DNA of 64,000 nt, taken from positions 1,625,042 through 1,689,041 of the forward strand of contig OX638375.1 in the NCBI GenBank assembly GCA_951813575.1, read 5' to 3'. Shown here piece after piece: positions 58,922 through 64,000 of this stretch (position 1 is its first letter; each line of letters begins with the position of its first letter). The position numbers and the translations under genes are program-made. Under the pieces are notes generated by a model, which was not told the origin of the DNA, searched no databases, and worked only from the letters and a program-made list of their open reading frames with translations. The stretch comes from Candidatus Binatia bacterium (lineage in GTDB: Bacteria > Desulfobacterota > Binatia > UBA9968 > JAJDTQ01).

Positions 58922-60310
58922 GTGTCGCGTCCACTAGCTCCCCACCGGCTGGTGGCGTCCGCCGGCTGCGTGGCGGGCCTGGCCCTGGCCTTGGCGCCGA
59001 CACCCGAGGGACTGTCCCCCGGGATCCTCCCCACCGCCGGCGTCGTCATACTGTGCATCAGCCTCTGGGCCACGGCGGTGGTACCCGAGTACCTCACCGC
59101 TGTGATTTTCTGCTTCCTCGCCGTGACCCTGACCGGCGCCCCGCCCGAGGTGGTCTTCACCGGTTTCTACTCGACCGCGGCATGGCTCGTGTTCGGCGGC
59201 CTCATCGTCGCCGCCTCCGTGCAGACCACCGGCCTCGGCGCCCGCATCGCCACCGTCGCGGTGGCCTACTTCGGCAGGTCGTACCGGGGATTCCTCTGGC
59301 GCATCGTCCTCACCGCCGCCCTTATGGGCTTCATCATGCCCTCCAACATGGGCCGGGTGCTTGTCATGCTGCCGATCTTCCTGAGCATGGGCGAGCGGCT
59401 GGGGTTCGGCCCGGGCACCAACGGCCGTACCGGCGTCACGCTGGCGGTGGCGGCCGGCAGCATCTTCCCGAGCTTCGGCATCCTGACGGCGGCGGTGCCC
59501 AACGTCGTGCTCCTGGGCGCGGCGGAGAGCATTCACGGAATCGAGATCACCTACGGCGAGTATTTTCTGTTGAATTTCCCGGTCATCAGCATGGTCAATC
59601 TCGTGATGCTCCCCTTTCTGCTCGCGGCCCTTTTTCCGGACGAGCTCGAATCGGCTTCCGCGCCCGCGGCAAGCGCGCCGTGGACGGCGGCCGAATGCAA
59701 CCTGGTGCTGATCCTGGCCGCGGCCCTGGCGCTCTGGCTGACGGACCAGTGGCACCGGACGTCCCCCGCCTGGGTCGCGCTGGGAGCGGGAATCCTCTGT
59801 CTGCTGCCGCGCGTCGGCTGCATCCCTCCCACCTCCCTGACGGGCAAGGTCAACCTCGGTCCGTGGCTCTTCATATGCGGCATCATCGGCATGGGATCGG
59901 TGGTCGTGCATAGCGGACTGGGAGATCTGCTGGCCGGATGGCTCCTGGGGAGACTCCCCATGCAGCCCGGCCACGACTTCTCCAATCTCGCCGCCATGAG
60001 CGCCGTGGGCATGATCATCAGCATAGCCACCACGGTGCCGGGCGAGCCGGTCATCGCCGCGACCCTGGCCAGGGACATCAGCGCCGTCAGCGGCTGGCCC
60101 ATCGCCACGGTGCTGCTGGCGCAGACCGTCAACTGGTCCATGGTGCCCTTCCCCTATGAGCTGCCGCCCATGGTGGTGGCCTCGCGGATGGCGGGAATGG
60201 GCACCGGCCAGGCCACGCGGCTGCTGCTGGCCCTGACCCTGCTGGCCTGGATGGTGACGCTGCCGCTTCATTTCGTCTGGCTCCGCCATTTGGGATACTT
60301 CGCCGGCTGA
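58922..60310 (+). CDS. Anion permease of the ArsB/NhaD (DASS/CitMHS-like) superfamily
   Basis: The lower 462 codons of ORF 58457..60310, from a GTG start, encode a polytopic membrane protein with an internal repeat. Confidence 0.5.
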   Translation: MSRPLAPHRLVASAGCVAGLALALAPTPEGLSPGILPTAGVVILCISLWATAVVPEYLTAVIFCFLAVTLTGAPPEVVFTGFYSTAAWLVFGGLIVAASVQTTGLGARIATVAVAYFGRSYRGFLWRIVLTAALMGFIMPSNMGRVLVMLPIFLSMGERLGFGPGTNGRTGVTLAVAAGSIFPSFGILTAAVPNVVLLGAAESIHGIEITYGEYFLLNFPVISMVNLVMLPFLLAALFPDELESASAPAASAPWTAAECNLVLILAAALALWLTDQWHRTSPAWVALGAGILCLLPRVGCIPPTSLTGKVNLGPWLFICGIIGMGSVVVHSGLGDLLAGWLLGRLPMQPGHDFSNLAAMSAVGMIISIATTVPGEPVIAATLARDISAVSGWPIATVLLAQTVNWSMVPFPYELPPMVVASRMAGMGTGQATRLLLALTLLAWMVTLPLHFVWLRHLGYFAG

Positions 60311-60329
60311 CGGCGGACGGGACACCGGG

Positions 60330-61052
60330 ATGGGCTGGGAAACGGGACTCTACGCTTTCGCCGTGGTGCTCTCGGCCGCGAGCCTCCAGGGCATCACCGG
60401 GGCCGGCATGATGATCCTCTCGGTACCGCCGCTGGTGGTGGCCCTGCCCGCCACCGTGGTGGTGCCCGGCATCGTCCTCCTCTACCTGCCCCTGGGACTG
60501 GCCCAGATCATCCAGCTCCGCCGGGACGTGAACCGGCGGCGTCTGGCCATCCTCGTGGTGAGCTCCGCCCTGATGGTGCCCCTGGGCGCCATGATGCTGA
60601 GGGACCTGGACACGGTCACCTTGCAGCGGGGCATTGGCTGGCTGATGATCGCCCTGGCGCTGCTGTTGCAGGTGAAGCCGGGCCCGCCCTTCGCGCGCGA
60701 GTTCACGCCCTGCGCGGGCGCCGGGCTGATCGCCGGCTTCCTGGCCGCCAGCACCTCCGTTTCCGGCCCGCCGCTGGTGCTGCTGGGGCTCAAGCAGCGC
60801 TGGGACCCCGCCCGCTTCCGCGCCACCCTGATCGCCTACTTCCTGATCGTCTCGGCATTGTCCCTGCCCTTCTACTGGGAGATGGAGCTGCTGACGCCCG
60901 CCACCTGGAGGTTGGTGCTCTATGGCCTGCCCGGTATCGTCCTCGGCTACTTCACCGGAGCATGGCTCCGGGCAAGGGTCTCGGTGGCGGCGTTCCGCTG
61001 GCTCGCCACCGGGGTCGTGGTGGTTGGAGGTCTGGCCGCCGCGCTGCTTTGA
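60330..61052 (+). CDS. TSUP-family (TauE/SafE) sulfite/anion exporter
   Basis: It is 240 aa with eight transmembrane segments and a duplicated 4-TM architecture. Confidence 0.7.
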   Translation: MGWETGLYAFAVVLSAASLQGITGAGMMILSVPPLVVALPATVVVPGIVLLYLPLGLAQIIQLRRDVNRRRLAILVVSSALMVPLGAMMLRDLDTVTLQRGIGWLMIALALLLQVKPGPPFAREFTPCAGAGLIAGFLAASTSVSGPPLVLLGLKQRWDPARFRATLIAYFLIVSALSLPFYWEMELLTPATWRLVLYGLPGIVLGYFTGAWLRARVSVAAFRWLATGVVVVGGLAAALL

Positions 61053-61196
61053 AAGGGTGCCGCTACGTCTGGGCCCACGGTCGCCGGACGCGAATTTTTG
61101 GAAATCGGCCGGTTGACAACGCCATGGCACGTTGGTAGAAGCGCCAAATCGAAGAAGGTCGAACGTCTATCCTCAGTCAACGGAAGGGAGACAGTT

Positions 61197-62723
61197 ATGC
61201 GAAATCGTTTACGAACCACAATCCTGGCGCTGTTCGTCGCGGCCCTGGCCCTGTGCCTCACCGCGACGGTGTCACTGGCACAGAATAAGACCCGTGTCAC
61301 CTTCGGCGTCACCGAGACCATGGAGACCCACAACCCGTACGGCGACAGCGTGGCGCTGCTCTACGGCATCTACACCGAGTTGAGCGGCCCCCTGTGCAAG
61401 TACAACTGGAAGGAAGGCAAGTGGGATCCGCGGCTGGCCAAGAGCTGGAAGGTTGTGGATCCCAACACCTGGGTGTTCGAACTGGACCAGCGCTACAAGT
61501 TCAACGACGGCAGCCCGGTGACCGCCCACGACATCGTCCACTCAATCTGGCGCATCTTCAACGATCCGCAGAGCAAGCAGAAAGCCTCCGTGGCCCGTCC
61601 GGTCAAGGAGGCCAAGGCACTCAGCGACTTCAGCGTGCAGATCACCACCCACAAGCCCACCGCGCCGCTGCTGGACTTCCTCTGTGACGGCCTGATCATC
61701 ACCAGCAAGGCGGCCTACGACAAGTACGGCCCGGCGGAGGCCGACCGGAAACACCACATGGGCGGCGGCCCCTACGAGCTGGTGGAGCTGGTGCAGGGAC
61801 AGCGCATGGTCATCAGGAAGCGGCCCGATCACCCGGCCATGGAGAGGAACCCCGACGCGCCGGACGAGGTCGTCTACCGCGTCATGCGCGAGCCCGAGCA
61901 GCGGGTGGCGGCCCTCATGAACGACGAGGTGCAGGTCGCGCAGCTCGTCCCGCCGCATCTGATGAAGACGGTGGAGAACTCTCCGAAACACAAGATCGAG
62001 AAGATCCAGTCCCTCGTGCTCATGTTCCTGGCCATGCAGCCCAAGCCGCCCTTCGACAAGAAGGAAGTGCGCCAGGCGGTGTGCTACGCCATCGACCGGG
62101 ACAAGATCATCAGGACCCTGCTGCAGGGGCAGGCGCAACGGCTCGACGGTCCCCTGGGCCCCGGCCAGTTGGGATACAACCCGAACCTGAAGGCCCGTTA
62201 CACCTACGACCCCAAGAAGGCGCGTGAGCTGCTGAAGAAGGCCGGGCATGAAGGCGTCGAGGTGGAGCTTCAGACCCCTGTCAACCGCTATATCCTGGAC
62301 AAGCAGGTGACCGAGTCCATGATCCCGATGCTCAACGCCGCGGGCTTCAAGGCCAAGCTGCGGACGCCGGAGTGGCCCACCCTCTGGGCCAACGTCCAGA
62401 AGGGAAGGGTGCCGTTTTTCTACATGGGCCGTGGCGGCGTTCTCGATCCGAGCTCGGCGTTCCACCAGTACTTCAGGAAAGGCGGCTCACCGCGGATCGG
62501 ATTCTCCCATCCCGACATCGACGCGGCCCTTGACAAGGAACAACAGGAGTTCGATCCGGAGAAACGGAACGAGTACCTCTCCGAAGCCATGGAGTTGATC
62601 ACCGACATGGCGCCGGCCTGCTTCCAGTGGCGGCACGAGTTCCTGTGGGGCATGTCGAACGGCGTGGACTATCAACCCCTGCCTGATTCCCGCATCTACG
62701 GCATGGACATCAAGGTGAAGTAG
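61197..62723 (+). CDS. ABC-transporter substrate-binding protein, family 5 (peptide/nickel/opine type)
   Basis: It has a signal peptide and the SBP_bac_5 fold. No permease genes are adjacent. Confidence 0.75.
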   Translation: MRNRLRTTILALFVAALALCLTATVSLAQNKTRVTFGVTETMETHNPYGDSVALLYGIYTELSGPLCKYNWKEGKWDPRLAKSWKVVDPNTWVFELDQRYKFNDGSPVTAHDIVHSIWRIFNDPQSKQKASVARPVKEAKALSDFSVQITTHKPTAPLLDFLCDGLIITSKAAYDKYGPAEADRKHHMGGGPYELVELVQGQRMVIRKRPDHPAMERNPDAPDEVVYRVMREPEQRVAALMNDEVQVAQLVPPHLMKTVENSPKHKIEKIQSLVLMFLAMQPKPPFDKKEVRQAVCYAIDRDKIIRTLLQGQAQRLDGPLGPGQLGYNPNLKARYTYDPKKARELLKKAGHEGVEVELQTPVNRYILDKQVTESMIPMLNAAGFKAKLRTPEWPTLWANVQKGRVPFFYMGRGGVLDPSSAFHQYFRKGGSPRIGFSHPDIDAALDKEQQEFDPEKRNEYLSEAMELITDMAPACFQWRHEFLWGMSNGVDYQPLPDSRIYGMDIKVK

Positions 62724-62760
62724 CGGGACAGGTTCCCGCATAACGGGACAGGTTCCCGCA
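62724..62760. repeat. Two 17-bp direct repeats, CGGGACAGGTTCCCGCA, separated by TAA
   Basis: They lie between the binding-protein gene stop and the hairpin, upstream of the DapA-family gene. Confidence 0.5.
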
Positions 62761-62767
62761 AATGAAG

Positions 62768-62805
62768 AGAGGGGCATGCTTCCGGCTTTGGCAGCATGCC
62801 CCTCT
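62768..62805 (+). terminator. 12-bp-stem hairpin, AGAGGGGCATGC-N14-GCATGCCCCTCT, after the binding-protein gene; no U-tract follows
   Basis: The inverted repeat is perfect. Whether it acts as a terminator or a regulatory stem is unclear. Confidence 0.3.
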
Positions 62806-62879
62806 TGATTCCGGAGCCCAGACACCGATCCGGGCACGGGCCCGCCCGCGCGGGCCGCAAACCTCACAGGGAGGCGTTC

Positions 62880-63782
62880 ATGAAACCCCGATTCCGCGGC
62901 ATCTTCATCCCGACCCTGACCACCTTCGACGACGACGGCGAGGTGGACTCCGACCTCCTCGCCGAGATGCTGGAGTTCCACATCAACGCCGGCGTGCACG
63001 GGCTCTTCGTGCTCGGCTCCACCGGCATGGGGCCGGTGATGACCACCGAACAACGCGTGGCCACCGCGGAGTTCGTCATGGGACGCGTGCGGGGACGTCT
63101 CCCGGTGATCATGCACGTGGGCGCCGCGGACGTGCAGACCACCTGCCGGCTGGCCCAACACGCCCAGGGCCTGGGTGTGGACGCGGTGGCGGTGGTGCCG
63201 CCGTACTACTTTACCGACCACACTCCGTGGGAGATCACCGCGCACTACAAGGCGGTGGCGGAGGCGGTCGACGGCACCCCCCTGTTTCTTTACGACAACG
63301 TCAAGTACTCCGGATGGGCCTTCACCCCGCCGACGGCCAAGGCGCTGCAGAAGGAGGTTCCCTCGCTGTGCGGCATGAAGGCGAGCTACTACGCCCAGGG
63401 GCCTCTGCTGGGGTATCTGGAAGCCATGCCCGAGGACTTTGCCGTCATGTCGGGGAACAGCATCGACCTCCTGCCGGCCACGCCCCACGGACTGAGCGGG
63501 GCCATCCCGCCCTTGACCAGCGCCATTCCGGAGATCTGCGCGGCACTGTGGGAGGCCCTGGAAAGGAAGGACTACGAACAGGCGATTCCGCTGCAGAAGA
63601 AAGCGGACGACTTCGGCCGGACCATCGGCCGGCTGGGTCAGCGCTTCGGCCGCAGCGCCCATCGCGAGGCCATGCGTGCCCGTGGCTTCAAGATCAGGCG
63701 CTACCCGCGGTGGCCTTCGGAGGAGCTCACCGAGGAAGGGATGCAGACGGTTGCGGACGCCTTGAGGGCCACCGGCGTCTGA
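62880..63782 (+). CDS. Dihydrodipicolinate synthase / N-acetylneuraminate lyase family protein (DapA-like class I aldolase)
   Basis: The sequence MKPRFRGIFIPTLTTFDDDGEVD matches the family. Placement of the Schiff-base lysine is a guess. Confidence 0.7.
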   Translation: MKPRFRGIFIPTLTTFDDDGEVDSDLLAEMLEFHINAGVHGLFVLGSTGMGPVMTTEQRVATAEFVMGRVRGRLPVIMHVGAADVQTTCRLAQHAQGLGVDAVAVVPPYYFTDHTPWEITAHYKAVAEAVDGTPLFLYDNVKYSGWAFTPPTAKALQKEVPSLCGMKASYYAQGPLLGYLEAMPEDFAVMSGNSIDLLPATPHGLSGAIPPLTSAIPEICAALWEALERKDYEQAIPLQKKADDFGRTIGRLGQRFGRSAHREAMRARGFKIRRYPRWPSEELTEEGMQTVADALRATGV

Positions 63783-63803
63783 CGGCCTGCACGACGAGTA
63801 CCT

Positions 63804-64000
63804 TCAGGCCTTTTTCTTGGCGGGGGCCGCCTCGGGCGGCTCGAGGTCCCAACCCTGGGTGGACATATCCATGATGACACCGTGGGGACCCCGCACCTTC
63901 TGCTCGAAGTAGAAGCTGTGATGCGAGCCCACGGTGTCACCCAGCAGTTCCGCCTCCGTCCCGCTCAACCGCGCCTTGGCCTCCTCGAGATCGTCCACCT
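63804..64000 (-). CDS. Partial CDS (C-terminal 64 codons of an unidentified protein) running off the window edge
   Basis: ORF 63804..63998 contains no recognisable domain. Confidence 0.3.
   Translation of the reverse strand, partial: VDDLEEAKARLSGTEAELLGDTVGSHHSFYFEQKVRGPHGVIMDMSTQGWDLEPPEAAPAKKKA

Noticed and set aside
62768-62805. Calling the hairpin a confident rho-independent terminator
   Set aside because: There is no downstream U-tract. It is kept only as a low-confidence terminator/regulatory stem.

Overview
This is a high-GC (~65%) segment from a diderm bacterial chromosome. The evidence for diderm is an intact type II secretion pseudopilin, an A24 prepilin peptidase, an AsmA-like protein and a TctC binding protein; the ORF track shows many long antisense ORFs, as expected at this GC content. 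The segment has three parts. (1) Positions 1-3187 hold a GH3-like fragment, an MR/MLE enolase-superfamily gene, pilD and gspG. (2) Positions ~3188-16560 are a heavily decayed accessory region, and its right edge is tRNA-Val(CAC) with a doubly frameshifted tyrosine integrase beside it. This region contains three IS3-family copies: one in plus orientation, and two on the minus strand that are direct neighbours, the second diverged and missing its right terminal inverted repeat (IR). It also contains remnants of a second IS3-type element, an IS30 and further IR-like pieces. There are two 5'-truncated Rhs/YD-repeat toxin genes in inverted orientation. One keeps an unrecognised C-terminal toxin domain followed by a low-GC membrane protein that looks like an immunity gene. 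The other is frameshifted and its 3' end is replaced by the first 53 codons of a gspE-like ATPase. The region further holds duplicated secretin C-terminal fragments, a DUF433/DUF5615 pair resembling a toxin-antitoxin module, and a low-GC orphan ORF. (3) Positions 16700-64000 are largely ordinary metabolic DNA. They include a candidate AhpD/CMD-family selenoprotein with an in-frame TGA and a downstream hairpin, an EVE domain protein, an XRE regulator and endonuclease IV. Next come a LivK-like binding protein with a kinase-less sensor remnant, an OFA-type MFS transporter, a GST, a TetR-controlled beta-oxidation cluster, an AsmA-family protein, a DUF4911 protein and RNase R. Further along are two EamA paralogues, an NMT1-like protein, a BNR propeller, an LLM oxidoreductase, an Asp/Glu racemase-family gene, three amidohydrolase-2 paralogues, MmgE/PrpD and a tandem GMC oxidoreductase pair. 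A Zur-box-controlled znuA with an expanded His-rich repeat is followed by a secreted propeller-like gene. The window ends with a VOC protein, FAH, TctC, a ferritin-like hypothetical overlapping kbl with an SDR, a cupin-XRE regulator, an IS256 remnant, maiA, an anion permease, TauE/SafE, a family-5 binding protein and a DapA-family lyase. All coordinates come from ORF-track arithmetic, and features lying outside ORFs were positioned relative to nearby ORF-track anchors; their ends may still be off by 1-2 nt. The densest concentration of noteworthy features is the IS/Rhs/secretion-gene region anchored at tRNA-Val. The clearest single novel item is the Rhs C-terminal domain with its immunity-like partner, followed by the candidate selenoprotein.
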